A DNA stretch of 64,000 nucleotides, taken from an uncultured Candidatus Binatia bacterium. GTDB lineage: Bacteria; Desulfobacterota; Binatia; UBA9968; JAJDTQ01. Positions 38,081 to 48,456 of the stretch are shown one piece after another. Made by a program: the position numbers and the translations under genes. The stretch lies in NCBI GenBank assembly GCA_964291295.2, contig OZ219754.1:576001-640000 (forward strand), in the 5' to 3' direction. Position 1 is the stretch's first letter; each line of letters opens with the position of its first letter. A model generated the notes under the pieces. It ran no database searches and was not told the DNA's origin. It saw nothing but the letters and a program-made list of their open reading frames with translations.

Positions 38081-39505
38081 GATGAACGTCCTGGCTTGGC
38101 TCACCAGGGCGAGCTTGTTGGCGGCGTGAAAGGCGGCGGTCTTGTAGCACTCGGCCAGTGTCGGATAGTTGAAGACCGTCTTGAGAAAGTAGTCCAGCCC
38201 GCCGCCCAGTCCCAGCACGGCCTGCCCCACGTGAATCAGTTCGGTGGCGCCGCTGCCGATGCAATGGCAGCCGAGGAGACGACCGTCGTCACGGTGGAAC
38301 AGCATCTTGAACATGCCCGAGTCGTCACCGAGAATGATGCCGCGGGAGATCTCCTTGTACCGCGCGACGCCGGTCTCGTAGGGAATCTTCCGACTCGTCA
38401 GCTCCTCTTCGGTGGCGCCCACCGAAGACAGTTCGGGGATGGCATAGATGCCGATGGGACAGTGATGGCCGATGGGCTCCGCGTCCACACCGAACATGCG
38501 GCAGGCCGCCAGCCGGCCCTGCTCCGAGGAGGTGGCAGCCAGGGCGGGGAAGCCGATGAGATCGCCGGCTGCCCAGATGTTCTCCACGGGCGTCCGGAAG
38601 TTTTCGTCGACCTGGAGGCGCCCGCGCTCGTCCGCCTCAAGACCCACCGCCTCCAGGTTCAGCGTGGACGACGCTCCCTGCCGTCCCGAGGAGATGAGGA
38701 TCACGTCGGCCACCAGGAACTTGCCCGAGGCCAGCTTCAGCAGGCCCTGACGGCGGGGGGTCTCGACGATCTCCACCTGCTCCACCGCGTCACCGCAACG
38801 AAACGTCACGTCGGCCTTGCGCAGCTGGTGCAGCAACTCGTCGATGATCTCGTGGTCCATGAACTCCAGCGGCCGCTCGCGCGCGTCGATGAGCGTGACG
38901 CGCACCCCCAGCGCCGCGAACATGGAGGCGTACTCGATGCCGATGACGCCCGCGCCCACCACCGCCATGGTTTGCGGCAACTCCTCGATGGCGAGAACGT
39001 CGTCCGACGTGATCACGGTGCGACCGTCGGGAGCCATGCCCTCAAGCGCTCCGGGTCGTGTGCCCACCGCCACCAGCACCTTGTCCGTAGTGATGACGCG
39101 CCGCTCACCCTCGGCCACCAGTCGGATCGTATGGGGGTCGACGAACTCCCCGCGCGCGTGGAGAATCTTGACGTCATTGCGGGTGAGGGCATCGTCCACC
39201 ACCGCGATCTCCCGCTGGATCACCCGGTGCACGTGGCCCACCAACTGCTGCATGGTGGGCCGGCTCCTGCCGTTGGTGGAGAACGGGTCCATCACCTCCA
39301 GCCCGGGCCTCGAATAGACCCGGCGCACCGCCTCGCGAAAGGTCTTGGACGGGATGGTGCCGTTGTCAACGCAGATACCGCCGACAAAGCGCTGCTTCTC
39401 CACCACCGCCACCCGCTTTCCCACCTTGGCCGCCTGGATGGCCGCGCGCTGGCCCGCGGGTCCGCTGCCGATGCAAACCAGGTCATAGTCGTAACTCGAC
39501 ATCAT
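38060..39505 (-). CDS. sthA: soluble (Si-specific) NAD(P)+ transhydrogenase
   Basis: YDLVCIGSGPAG, GTIPSKTFREA with no redox CxxxxC pair, GIYAIPE, VFNYPTLAECYKTAA. Confidence 0.92.
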   Translation of the reverse strand: MMSSYDYDLVCIGSGPAGQRAAIQAAKVGKRVAVVEKQRFVGGICVDNGTIPSKTFREAVRRVYSRPGLEVMDPFSTNGRSRPTMQQLVGHVHRVIQREIAVVDDALTRNDVKILHARGEFVDPHTIRLVAEGERRVITTDKVLVAVGTRPGALEGMAPDGRTVITSDDVLAIEELPQTMAVVGAGVIGIEYASMFAALGVRVTLIDARERPLEFMDHEIIDELLHQLRKADVTFRCGDAVEQVEIVETPRRQGLLKLASGKFLVADVILISSGRQGASSTLNLEAVGLEADERGRLQVDENFRTPVENIWAAGDLIGFPALAATSSEQGRLAACRMFGVDAEPIGHHCPIGIYAIPELSSVGATEEELTSRKIPYETGVARYKEISRGIILGDDSGMFKMLFHRDDGRLLGCHCIGSGATELIHVGQAVLGLGGGLDYFLKTVFNYPTLAECYKTAAFHAANKLALVSQARTFIDGHRRA

Positions 39506-39550
39506 CCGTCTCCCTTGATTCACCGCCGGCCGCCGCCCAGCCTGTCACCC

Positions 39551-39578
39551 ATTATAGCCGAATGGAACTCCGGGTAAA
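39551..39578 (-). promoter_or_regulatory. putative sthA promoter
   Basis: Minus strand TATAAT at 39556-39551 with a weak -35 (TTTACC). Confidence 0.4.
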
Positions 39579-39655
39579 TTTGCGCCCCTTGCCTTTTCAC
39601 CGGACAAGGGCAAGAAACGGATGAGGGCCTGCCGCACCGCACGCATGAATACGCC

Positions 39656-41056
39656 ATGGAAACACCTTCACGGGAACAGACCAGGGACCGCTCTCTGCCG
39701 CGCGACGTGGCACTGGAGAACATCGTCATGTGGACGGGCCCGGGCCGCCATGACGACATGCGGCGCCTGCTGGCCGACCTGCATCCCGCAGATCTTGCCG
39801 AATTGCTGGACCACCTCGACGAACCGCGGGTGCGGCAACGGGTGTTCCGCCTGCTGCCGCCGGGCGCCACCTCCGCCGTACTGAGCCTCGTCTCGCCGGC
39901 GGTGCGCGACGAACTGGCGACGCGCCTCTCGGACCGGGAACTGGCCGAGTTGGTGGAAGAACTCGACACCGACGATGCCGCAGACCTGCTTGAGACCCTC
40001 CCGGAAGAACGCACCCCCACGGTCCTTGCGGCAATGCCGCCGGACCTGGCGGAGGAGATCGGCGTCCTGCTGGATCATCCCCCGGACACCGCCGGCGGCA
40101 TCATGCAGACGGAGTATGTGTCCGTGCCGCCGTACGCCACCGTGGAGCAGGCCATCGGCATCATCCGGCGAGCCCGGGACGAGGTGCCCGATGTGCACGA
40201 TGTCTTCGTGGTGGACGCGGAGAGACACGTCACCGGCATCCTGCCCCTCAGCAACCTGGTGCTGGCGGCCCCGGACGACGCCGTCGCCAACATCATGGAG
40301 CGGCCGGTGATCTCGGTGCCCGTGGAGATGCCGCAGGACGAGGTCGCCCGCGTCCTGCAGAAGTACGACTTCGTGTCCGTTCCCGTCCTGGACACACAGG
40401 ACCGGCTTGTGGGCCGCGTCACCATCGACGACGTGGTGGATGTCATCGAGGAGGAGGCCAGCAAGGACATCTACGCCATTGCCGGCGTGGAGGGCGAATC
40501 CATCAATCTGGCCCGCGACTCCGTGCTCAAGCGCGTGGGCGAACGGTTCTCGTGGGTGGCGATCACGGTGCTGCTGGGGCTCGTGGTGGCGCTGGTCATC
40601 TCCAAGGTCTTCGTCGCCACCTTCGAGAAGATGGCGCTGCTGGCCGCTTTTCTGCCCGTGATCATCGCCGCCGCCGGTGCCGTGGGCCTGCAGTCGTCCA
40701 CCCTGGTGGTGCGCGCCATCGCCCTGGGCACCCTCTCCTTCCAGCGCGTTCTGTCCGTTATCGCCTGGGAAACCGCCACCGGGCTGGCGTTGGGCACCCT
40801 CTGCGGCCTCATCACTGCCGCCGCCAGTTACCTCATCAACATGGGCAGCCCCGATATTCTCGGTCTGTCCCTCGCCGTGCTCGTCGGCATGGTCATTTCC
40901 GTCACCACCGCCGCCTGTATCGGAACCGTGCAGCCCATCGTCTTCCACCGGCTCAACCGCGACCCCGCCGTTGCCGCCGGCCCCCTGGTCACCGCCTTCA
41001 ACGACCTGATCGGCACCACTCTCTACCTGGTTGTGGCAACGGCGTTTCAGGCGTAG
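39656..41056 (+). CDS. mgtE: magnesium transporter MgtE
   Basis: LHPADLAE, TAGGIMQTEY, CBS pair, GRVTIDDVVD, DPAVAAGPLVTAFND. Confidence 0.95.
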   Translation: METPSREQTRDRSLPRDVALENIVMWTGPGRHDDMRRLLADLHPADLAELLDHLDEPRVRQRVFRLLPPGATSAVLSLVSPAVRDELATRLSDRELAELVEELDTDDAADLLETLPEERTPTVLAAMPPDLAEEIGVLLDHPPDTAGGIMQTEYVSVPPYATVEQAIGIIRRARDEVPDVHDVFVVDAERHVTGILPLSNLVLAAPDDAVANIMERPVISVPVEMPQDEVARVLQKYDFVSVPVLDTQDRLVGRVTIDDVVDVIEEEASKDIYAIAGVEGESINLARDSVLKRVGERFSWVAITVLLGLVVALVISKVFVATFEKMALLAAFLPVIIAAAGAVGLQSSTLVVRAIALGTLSFQRVLSVIAWETATGLALGTLCGLITAAASYLINMGSPDILGLSLAVLVGMVISVTTAACIGTVQPIVFHRLNRDPAVAAGPLVTAFNDLIGTTLYLVVATAFQA

Positions 41057-41249
41057 CGGCGTCCGGGACAGTCGCGAACCAGAGGGCGTCGCGAACCAGA
41101 GGGCCGACCGCGTCCGTCCGGTGGAACCGAAAGACCCTCGGACCCGGACGCAGACCCGGGATCCGAACCCGGAACCAGGCTCGGAACCCGGGCGCCGCGG
41201 CCACCGTCCGCCGCGTCCGCCCCGCGTCACGAACAAGGGCGGGCGCAGG

Positions 41250-42419
41250 CTACTTCAAGGCGCATCCCTGGCGCTCGCGGCGCAGGCACGCGAGGTTGTG
41301 ATGGAAGACATCGGCCTGCGCGCGGGCGAAGCCAACCGGGCCGTCGCCGTTCGACACGCTGCGCTGGTAGCGCGCCCAATCCCCGTCGTGGCCCTGGCGC
41401 CAGTACCCGTCCAGGATCTGCGCCGGCAACGGCTTGAGTTGCGGCAGCGTGTTGTAGCGCGCCCCTGGCGGACCATCGCGGCCGGGCAACCGGCGCCTTG
41501 CGCCGAGGAAGCCGTGGAAGGCATAGAACGCATCGGCACCGGGGAGGAACGCGAGTTCGAAGTCCACGGAACGGTACGGGTCGGTGATGTCGTCCGCCGA
41601 CATCAGCGGCCGCGTGCCGAATCCCATCATGAAGGCCCTGGCGTCGGAGTCCAGGAAGCGCACCGCGCGCCGGACCGTCCGGCCAGGGGCGTGCGGATAC
41701 AGCTCGTTGGAACGGATGGCGATGTCGATGTCGAAACGCCCGTCGCGCCCCGGCTCCACCGACTCTCCCACCAGGTAGGTGCGCAGGTAGTTGTGCTGCT
41801 GCAGGGTCAGGGCGACGGGACGCTCGGCCGCGTCCAGCACCACGAATGCCGCGGTGTAGTGATCGAGTTGATGCCAGTCGTCCAGGTCCGCCACCAGTCG
41901 GAGCGGAATGGCCGCAGCCAGGGACAGTCCCGCGGGCAGACCGCTCACCCGGAACACCAGGTGGTAGGTAACCACGGTGAACTCCTCGGCGCTCCGTCCG
42001 GCCTTGCCCGGCGCCCACAGGCCGGTTCGTTCTACCGCGGCGTAGACCACCGGGCGCGGCGGCGGCGAGCCGGGCACATGCGTGAATCTGGCCCGGGCGT
42101 CGTCCCGGTAGCGATTGAGATCTTCCGGAGTCGGTCCATCGATCCGGACCCCGTCTCCGGCCACCAGATAGCCGTGGGCGACGTAGTCCCGATAGAAATC
42201 GATGGGGCCCTCGTGACCGTCGGGCAGGTGGAAGCGCGGCGCGTGGCGACGGGCCAGCGCCTGATCCACCGGACCGGCGGCGGCGGCCGGCGGATTGGCC
42301 TCGAAATACTCGGCAAAGCCCGGGTACTGGGAGAAATTCCGGTCTGCGGCGATGACCGGTGTGGACCCGCAGATCAGCACGAACCACGCAAGAACGCCAG
42401 CCGTGCGGAGGGCCGTCAC
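41250..42419 (-). CDS. hypothetical secreted protein
   Basis: Signal-like hydrophobic N-terminus then ADRNFSQYPGF..., protein-like composition; start (GTG 42419) uncertain. Confidence 0.6.
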   Translation of the reverse strand: MTALRTAGVLAWFVLICGSTPVIAADRNFSQYPGFAEYFEANPPAAAAGPVDQALARRHAPRFHLPDGHEGPIDFYRDYVAHGYLVAGDGVRIDGPTPEDLNRYRDDARARFTHVPGSPPPRPVVYAAVERTGLWAPGKAGRSAEEFTVVTYHLVFRVSGLPAGLSLAAAIPLRLVADLDDWHQLDHYTAAFVVLDAAERPVALTLQQHNYLRTYLVGESVEPGRDGRFDIDIAIRSNELYPHAPGRTVRRAVRFLDSDARAFMMGFGTRPLMSADDITDPYRSVDFELAFLPGADAFYAFHGFLGARRRLPGRDGPPGARYNTLPQLKPLPAQILDGYWRQGHDGDWARYQRSVSNGDGPVGFARAQADVFHHNLACLRRERQGCALK

Positions 42420-42970
42420 AACGCGCCGGTGGTGAAGCTCATGGCGCGGGCCGGCGACATGGACCGTGCCGCTGTCAGGGCGACCGCAGGGCTTCTCGAC
42501 GGTCGGGCAGACCCTGCCCCTCGATCTTCGAGTCGAACCGGTTGCGCGGCGGCCCGCTGGTCCACGGCGGCCAACAGATGAACCTGCGGGCGGCCGGCAC
42601 GGTCGGACACACACTTCGTCGAGGCGTCTTCCATGCCGGCTCGCAAGCTGTCGTTGGTGGCGTTGGCCATGACCTTTCGCTTGTCCTTCCGATTTTCCTC
42701 CGATTTCCTTCCGATGGACTCGTCCCGTACGTCAACAGAAACCGCGTGAGGTGTCAAGTTTGCCCGTTCGGCGGAGGCCGAAGGCACCCGGCACCGGGTC
42801 GCAGCGCGGCTCAACGGGCGGCCAGCCAGCTATAGTATACGTGCCGGCTGCCGACAGGTATTCATGTGCGCACCGATTCTTGATCGATCGATACCGGACT
42901 TGACATCTCCGCCCTTTCCTGGTGCGATGACCTTCGCATCCGGCGCGGGGCATATTCGGAGACCGACCCG

Positions 42971-43423
42971 ATGAGCTTGATGGTTACAGAAGTGTACGAT
43001 GCCCTGATTGCCGCCGGAGTTCCCGACGAGAAGGCCCGGGCGGCCGCAGGCGTAATCCCGATGACTGAAACCCTCGCCACCAGACAAGACCTCGCCGAGT
43101 TCAAGGCCGCAACCGACAAGGACGCCGCGGTATTCAAGACTGAGATGCAGCAAGACTTCGCGGCATTCAAGGCGGAGATGCGGCAGGAGTTCGCCGAGTT
43201 CAAGGCCGAGATGCGGCGGGAGTTCGCCGAGTTCAAGGCCGAGATGCGGCAGGAGTTCGCCGAATTCAAGGCCGAGATGCGGCAGGAGTTCGCCGAATTC
43301 AAAGCGGAGATTCGCGAAGAAATCGGTGTGCTGAAGCGGGATATTGCCGTTCTGAAGCTGGCGGTGTTCGGCTTTGGCCCCGCTATTCTGGCTCTGCTGG
43401 TCAAGCTGGTCTTCTTTCCCTGA
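42971..43423 (+). CDS. DUF1640/CCDC90-like coiled-coil protein with 11-aa repeats and C-terminal TM anchor
   Basis: VYDALIAAGVPDEKARAAA, LATRQDL, (EMRQEFAEFKA)n, hydrophobic C-terminus. TTGACA at 42900 upstream. Confidence 0.8.
   Translation: MSLMVTEVYDALIAAGVPDEKARAAAGVIPMTETLATRQDLAEFKAATDKDAAVFKTEMQQDFAAFKAEMRQEFAEFKAEMRREFAEFKAEMRQEFAEFKAEMRQEFAEFKAEIREEIGVLKRDIAVLKLAVFGFGPAILALLVKLVFFP
43142..43306. repeat. five tandem 33-bp coding repeats (VNTR)
   Basis: Unit gagatgcggcaggagttcgccgagttcaaggcc. Confidence 0.92.
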
Positions 43424-43538
43424 TCCTGTTTCCGCCGACGCCCGCGTCTCCGCCGAACCCCCGCCGGTTGCCTCGAACCACCCGGTGACAACGGTGACAG
43501 TATGCATGGGAGGACAACTCACCTGAGGTGGCGTCTCC

Positions 43539-44549
43539 ATGGAAACCCTGTTCAACAGTCCGGACAAGTTCAAGAGCCGCTTCGCAACCGTCGACGGCTA
43601 CAAGACCCACTACATCGAGGCCGGCGAAGGGAACCCCCGGAAGCTGTTGCTGGTGCACGGCGGTGCCATCGAAGCAGGTATGGGGTGCTACCGCTGGTAC
43701 GCCAATATCATTCCGCTGGCGAAAAGATTCCATGTGTTCGCCATCGACGAACTGGGCCACGGTTACACCGACCCGCCAAGGAACCTCGACGACCTCAGCC
43801 ACATCCGGGTGCGCGCGGACCACGTGCTGAACTTCATCGAGACACTCGGGTTGAGGCCCGTCAATCTCGTTGGCCAGTCTCAGGGCGGCTGGATCGTCAC
43901 CTACATCACCCTCCTGCGGCCCGACCTCGTCCAGAAGCTTCTTCTTGTGGACAGCGGCAGTACCGCTGGACGTCCCTCGGAGGTGGCTTCGCTTCAGTCC
44001 ACGGAGGTGGACGGCGTAGTCGTGGCCGGCGACACCAACGAACTGCCCTACCAGAAGGAGCTCTTCGAGCCCGGCACCATGCACCCGAAGAGAGAGCTGA
44101 TCAACACCCGCGAAGGCCTGCGCAAGTACGCCAGCGCTTTCTTCTACGACCCGTCCATGGTCACCGAGGAATTCCTGGACCATCTGATGGAACTGTCCGG
44201 AAGATGGAGCCAGCTATACGAAGAGCACCGGGGTGAGAAGTACTGGGCCAAGACCAGCCTGGCCGACCAGCGCCGCCAACTGCAGATAGACGGCAAGCAC
44301 ATACGCGAACACGTGCACAAGATCCAGACGCCCACCTTGGTGATATGGGGCAGGAACTCCAACAAGGGACTCGACTTGGGCTTCCTGCTCTACAAGCTGT
44401 TTCCGAATGCTCAGATGCACATCCTCGACAAGGCCAACCACTTCTTGTGGCTGGACCAGTGGGAGGATTTCAACGCACTGGTGGGGTGGTTCGTCGGCAA
44501 GGAGCAGGGACGAACCGGAATGAGCTTCGTACGGTTTCCGGAAGAGTAA
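43539..44549 (+). CDS. alpha/beta hydrolase, paralogue 1
   Basis: HGG, IDELGHG, nucleophile GQSQGG, DKANHF. Confidence 0.9.
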   Translation: METLFNSPDKFKSRFATVDGYKTHYIEAGEGNPRKLLLVHGGAIEAGMGCYRWYANIIPLAKRFHVFAIDELGHGYTDPPRNLDDLSHIRVRADHVLNFIETLGLRPVNLVGQSQGGWIVTYITLLRPDLVQKLLLVDSGSTAGRPSEVASLQSTEVDGVVVAGDTNELPYQKELFEPGTMHPKRELINTREGLRKYASAFFYDPSMVTEEFLDHLMELSGRWSQLYEEHRGEKYWAKTSLADQRRQLQIDGKHIREHVHKIQTPTLVIWGRNSNKGLDLGFLLYKLFPNAQMHILDKANHFLWLDQWEDFNALVGWFVGKEQGRTGMSFVRFPEE

Positions 44550-44553
44550 CCAA

Positions 44554-45033
44554 TTGGAGACGTTGTTCAACAGCCCCGACAAATTCGAGAAACGCTACGG
44601 GACCATCGACGGTTCCCGGACCCACTTCATCGAAGCAGGCGACCCGGCCGCCGACCGGCTGCTGCTGGTACATGGATGCAGCGCCGCGCTGGGGGCAGGC
44701 CTTTACCGGTGGTATCCTACGGTGCTCCCTTCGGCCGAGAAGCTCCACATTTTCGCCGTAGACGAACCGGGAGACGGCTTTACCGACCCACCACGAGAGA
44801 TCGCCGACCTGGGCCACGTACGTGTGCGCGCCGAACATGTCATCCACTTCATCGAGGAACAGAGCCTGGCACCCCTCAACCTGTGCGGACAGTCCCAGTG
44901 CGGCTGGATCGCCACCTACATCACCATCACGCGTCCGGACCTGGTGGACAAGGCCAGCCATTTCTGCTGGTGGGACCAGGTGCAGGACTTCAACGACCTG
45001 GTGCTCTGGTTCATCACGAAGAGAGAGGCGTAG
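44554..45033 (+). pseudogene. alpha/beta hydrolase, paralogue 2, with in-frame internal deletion
   Basis: 159 aa; RPDLV is joined directly to DKASHF, missing ~170 aa present in the sisters. TTG start and degenerate motifs (HGC, GQSQCG). Confidence 0.85.
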
Positions 45034-45036
45034 TCA

Positions 45037-46014
45037 ATGGAAACCATCTTCAACAGCCCGGACAAGTGGGACAGCCGCTTCACTACGGCGGGCGGCTACA
45101 AGACCCACTACATCGAGGCCGGCGCGGACAGACCGGAACGGGTGGTGATGTGTCACGGGGGTGCCAACGAGATCGGCATGGGCAACTACCGCTGGTATCC
45201 GAACATCGTGCCGCTGGGCGAACATTTCCACGTCTACGCCATCGACGAACTGGGCCACGGCCGGACCGACCCGCCGCGAAACCTGGACGACCTGGGTCAT
45301 GTGCGCGTGCGCGCCGAACACGTCATCCGCTTCATCGAGGCCCTGGACCTGGCACCGGTGAACCTCATCGGTCAGTCGCAGGGAGGTTGGATCGTCACCT
45401 ACATCACCTTGAGACGGCCGGAACTGGTCCGGAAGTTGATCCTCATCGACAGCGGCAGCACCGCGGGATCGGGCATCCGGAAAGAGGGCGCGGGGCGACA
45501 GGTCATCGACGTGGACGGCCGGCAGGTGGAGGTGGACGGCAGCGGCGACCTCCCCTACTTCAAGGACGTTTTCGAGCCCGGCACCATGATGCCCAAGGAG
45601 GGTCTTACCACCACACGGGACGGACTCCGCAAGTACGTCGGGGCGTTCGTCTACAACAAGGACATGATCACCGAAGAGTACCTGGACCACCTGATGGAGT
45701 TGTCCGCCCGCTGGAACGACATCTACATGGCGCACAAGGGGAAGGAGTACTGGGAGAAGAACGGAATGCAGGGCGCCAGCGAGATGTACTACTTCGACGG
45801 CGCTCACATCCGCGACCACGTCCACAAGATCCGCGTACCGACCCTGGTCATGTGGGGCCGCAACTCCAACAAGGGAATCGACCCCGGCTACGAACTCTAC
45901 AAGAGCATCCCCAACGCCCAGATGCACATCTTCGACAAGGCCAATCACTTCGTGTGGCTGGACCAGCCGGAGGACTTCAACCACTTGGTGACGTGGTTTC
46001 TGGAGAAGACATAG
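45037..46014 (+). CDS. alpha/beta hydrolase, paralogue 3
   Basis: HGG, GQSQGG, DKANHF. Confidence 0.9.
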   Translation: METIFNSPDKWDSRFTTAGGYKTHYIEAGADRPERVVMCHGGANEIGMGNYRWYPNIVPLGEHFHVYAIDELGHGRTDPPRNLDDLGHVRVRAEHVIRFIEALDLAPVNLIGQSQGGWIVTYITLRRPELVRKLILIDSGSTAGSGIRKEGAGRQVIDVDGRQVEVDGSGDLPYFKDVFEPGTMMPKEGLTTTRDGLRKYVGAFVYNKDMITEEYLDHLMELSARWNDIYMAHKGKEYWEKNGMQGASEMYYFDGAHIRDHVHKIRVPTLVMWGRNSNKGIDPGYELYKSIPNAQMHIFDKANHFVWLDQPEDFNHLVTWFLEKT

Positions 46015-46185
46015 GAAGGGATGAGCAGCCGGGTCAGCGCCGCGCTCGGATGGCGTCGGACACGTCCTTGCTCGTGTTGCCCCGGACGCATGCACGCGAT
46101 GCCTGCCATCAGCCCCTCGTACACCGCATTGTAGATATTCTTCTGCATCAGACGTCGCAGAGGGAGGCCGCCCGCAGTTTCCGCC

Positions 46186-47334
46186 TCAGTTTTCGGGGCC
46201 GGAGACGTCGTACAGACGGGCGCAGTTGTCCCACAGGATCTTCCTGCGCGAGCCGTCGGTCACCCCGTCGATGGCCAGGAACGTCTCCATGGCGTGGGGC
46301 CAGTGGGCGTCGTCATGGGGGTAGTCGGTGGAGATCACGAGGTTGTCGTCTCCCACCCGGCTGATGACGTCGGTGACGAGGCTCTCGTCCGGATCCACGG
46401 ACACGAAACACTGGCGCATGAAGTAGTCGCCTGGCCTGTGGCTCAAGGGCTCGTCGAGTTGGTCCTTGCGGTCCTGCCAGCGCTCGTCCATGCGGTAGAG
46501 GAGCCACGGCAGCCAACTGCAGTTGCCCTCCAGGAACACCGCGCGCAACCGGGGAAAGCGCTCCAGCACCCCACCACCGCAGAAACTGCCGATGGCCATC
46601 ATCAGTTCCACCGCCTTGCTGTAGGTGCTGACCAGAAATCCGTCGTTGGGGTGGCCGACGAAACGAAGAGCCGCGTGTTCCTGCCTGGGAAAGCCCGCGG
46701 GATGGAAGCAGACGGGGACCCCCGTCCGTTCCGCCTGAGCCCACAGCGGATCGAAGCAGTGGTCGTGGATGTGATTGCCGTTGACCGGCTCGGGGACGAG
46801 GCAGAGCCCCGCGGCCCCGAGTTGCTCCACCGCACGCCGGGCCTCCTCCACCGCCAACTCCACGTCGTGGAGGGTGATCAGCGCGGCGAACTTCATGCGC
46901 ACCGGATCCTCCTTGCAGAAGTCGAAGATCCAATCGTTCCAGGCCCGGCACAGCGCCATGGCGTACTCGGCTTCGAGACCGTCGTCGCAGTGAAGCGGGA
47001 AGGTGCGGAACAGAACGGCCACGTCCAATCCTTCCACGTCCATGGCGTCGAGCTGCGAGACGGGGTCATAGTCGCGGGCCAGGGAGTTCCGGTAGTGGGG
47101 CGCAACCTTCTCGAAGCGCTGTTCCTGCGCGTTCCGGGGCGACCGGAGCCGCCCGCCCCCGGACCGGACCGGTGTGCCGTCGGCGAAGGTAAAGCGGATC
47201 TGGCCGTGGCGTCTGCGCGGCTCGCCGCGCGGAATCCGGTTACCCCACTTGGGGTCCATATACTTGAGATACAGGTCGTGGGGCTCGAAAACGTGCATGT
47301 CGCTGTCGAGCACCTTGAAGCCGTTCTTTGCCAT
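46186..47334 (-). CDS. amidohydrolase_2 family metal-dependent hydrolase/decarboxylase
   Basis: LDSDMHVFEP, AWNDW, CFHP, FLEGNCSW, STDYPH. Confidence 0.9.
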   Translation of the reverse strand: MAKNGFKVLDSDMHVFEPHDLYLKYMDPKWGNRIPRGEPRRRHGQIRFTFADGTPVRSGGGRLRSPRNAQEQRFEKVAPHYRNSLARDYDPVSQLDAMDVEGLDVAVLFRTFPLHCDDGLEAEYAMALCRAWNDWIFDFCKEDPVRMKFAALITLHDVELAVEEARRAVEQLGAAGLCLVPEPVNGNHIHDHCFDPLWAQAERTGVPVCFHPAGFPRQEHAALRFVGHPNDGFLVSTYSKAVELMMAIGSFCGGGVLERFPRLRAVFLEGNCSWLPWLLYRMDERWQDRKDQLDEPLSHRPGDYFMRQCFVSVDPDESLVTDVISRVGDDNLVISTDYPHDDAHWPHAMETFLAIDGVTDGSRRKILWDNCARLYDVSGPEN

Positions 47335-47349
47335 GGGCAACTCCCGGTC

Positions 47350-48405
47350 TTATGACTCGATCTCGGTCCAGCCGTCGCCGCCGAAACGTACCGCATCCAT
47401 GATCTGCTGGCAGCGGTAGGCGTCCTCGAAGTCAGGGGCGAGCGAGATTCCCTCCTCGATGCCGCGACGGAACCTGCCTGCCAGCACGCGAAAGGCCCCC
47501 AGGCGCGCGTCCCGTTCGTCCAGTTCCACGTGGAACCGATCGGGCACCGGCAACTCACGCAACGCCTTGTCCTCTGCGTACCGCGCCCCGAGGACAGTCC
47601 CGTCGGGCGGCGGGTTCGGGCCCGCATGGGAAAGACTCAGGCTCCCCTCGGTGCCGTGAATCTCCATGCGCACCTTCGAGCCCAGGGGCGCGGCGAAGTT
47701 GGCGGCGAGCGACGACCAGCCACCCTTCGCGAAAGTCATCAGCAGGCCGAAGGCGTCGTCGGAGGTGTCGGCACCGTGGGCACCGTTCTCCGGCGTGAAC
47801 ACCCGGCCGCTGACCTTGGTGACCTCTCCGAACCAGTCCCGCAGGCAATCGATGTAGTGGGACCCCAAGCCCCCAAGTTGTCCGCCGCCGCAGGAATACT
47901 GCTGGCGCCAGTCGAAACCGGGACGACCGCCGGGCGGGCCGCCCCTCATGAACAGCGTTACGGCCGCACTCTGCAAACCGCCGATGTAGCCCTGCTCCAG
48001 CAATGCCTTCACGTAAGCCCGGGCCGGCGCGAAGCGAAACTCGTGTGCGACCATGGCAGTCAAGCCGCTGTCGCGGGCCTTGTCGAGCATCGCCCTGGCC
48101 TCCGTCCGATCCATGGCGAAGGGCTTTTCGCACAGCACGTGCTTGCCGGCTTCCAGCGCCGCGACGGTCATCTCTTGATGAAGGTCGGGTGGCGTCACGA
48201 TGCTCACCGCGTCCAGGTCCGGCTGTTCCAGCAACTTGCGGTAGTCGGTGTACGCATGCGGGATGCCCAGGCTGACCGCCGCTTCCCGGACCCGTTCTTC
48301 TCTCCGGGAGCAGATCGCCACCACCTCGAATCCTTCGGCCTGAAAGGCCGGAGCATGCACCTTCGCACCGAATCCCACGCCAATGACGCCGATACGAACC
48401 ACCAT
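47350..48405 (-). CDS. Gfo/Idh/MocA family oxidoreductase
   Basis: IGVIGVGFG, GKHVLCEKPFA, GSHYID. Confidence 0.93.
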   Translation of the reverse strand: MVVRIGVIGVGFGAKVHAPAFQAEGFEVVAICSRREERVREAAVSLGIPHAYTDYRKLLEQPDLDAVSIVTPPDLHQEMTVAALEAGKHVLCEKPFAMDRTEARAMLDKARDSGLTAMVAHEFRFAPARAYVKALLEQGYIGGLQSAAVTLFMRGGPPGGRPGFDWRQQYSCGGGQLGGLGSHYIDCLRDWFGEVTKVSGRVFTPENGAHGADTSDDAFGLLMTFAKGGWSSLAANFAAPLGSKVRMEIHGTEGSLSLSHAGPNPPPDGTVLGARYAEDKALRELPVPDRFHVELDERDARLGAFRVLAGRFRRGIEEGISLAPDFEDAYRCQQIMDAVRFGGDGWTEIES

Positions 48406-48456
48406 GAATCTCCCGTAAACGGACCGCCCCCGACCCGTCAGTGAGACCGGGCCGGC

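Noticed and set aside
43142-43306. Possible CRISPR array
   Set aside because: Repeats are contiguous with no spacers and encode an in-frame peptide repeat; no cas genes in the window.
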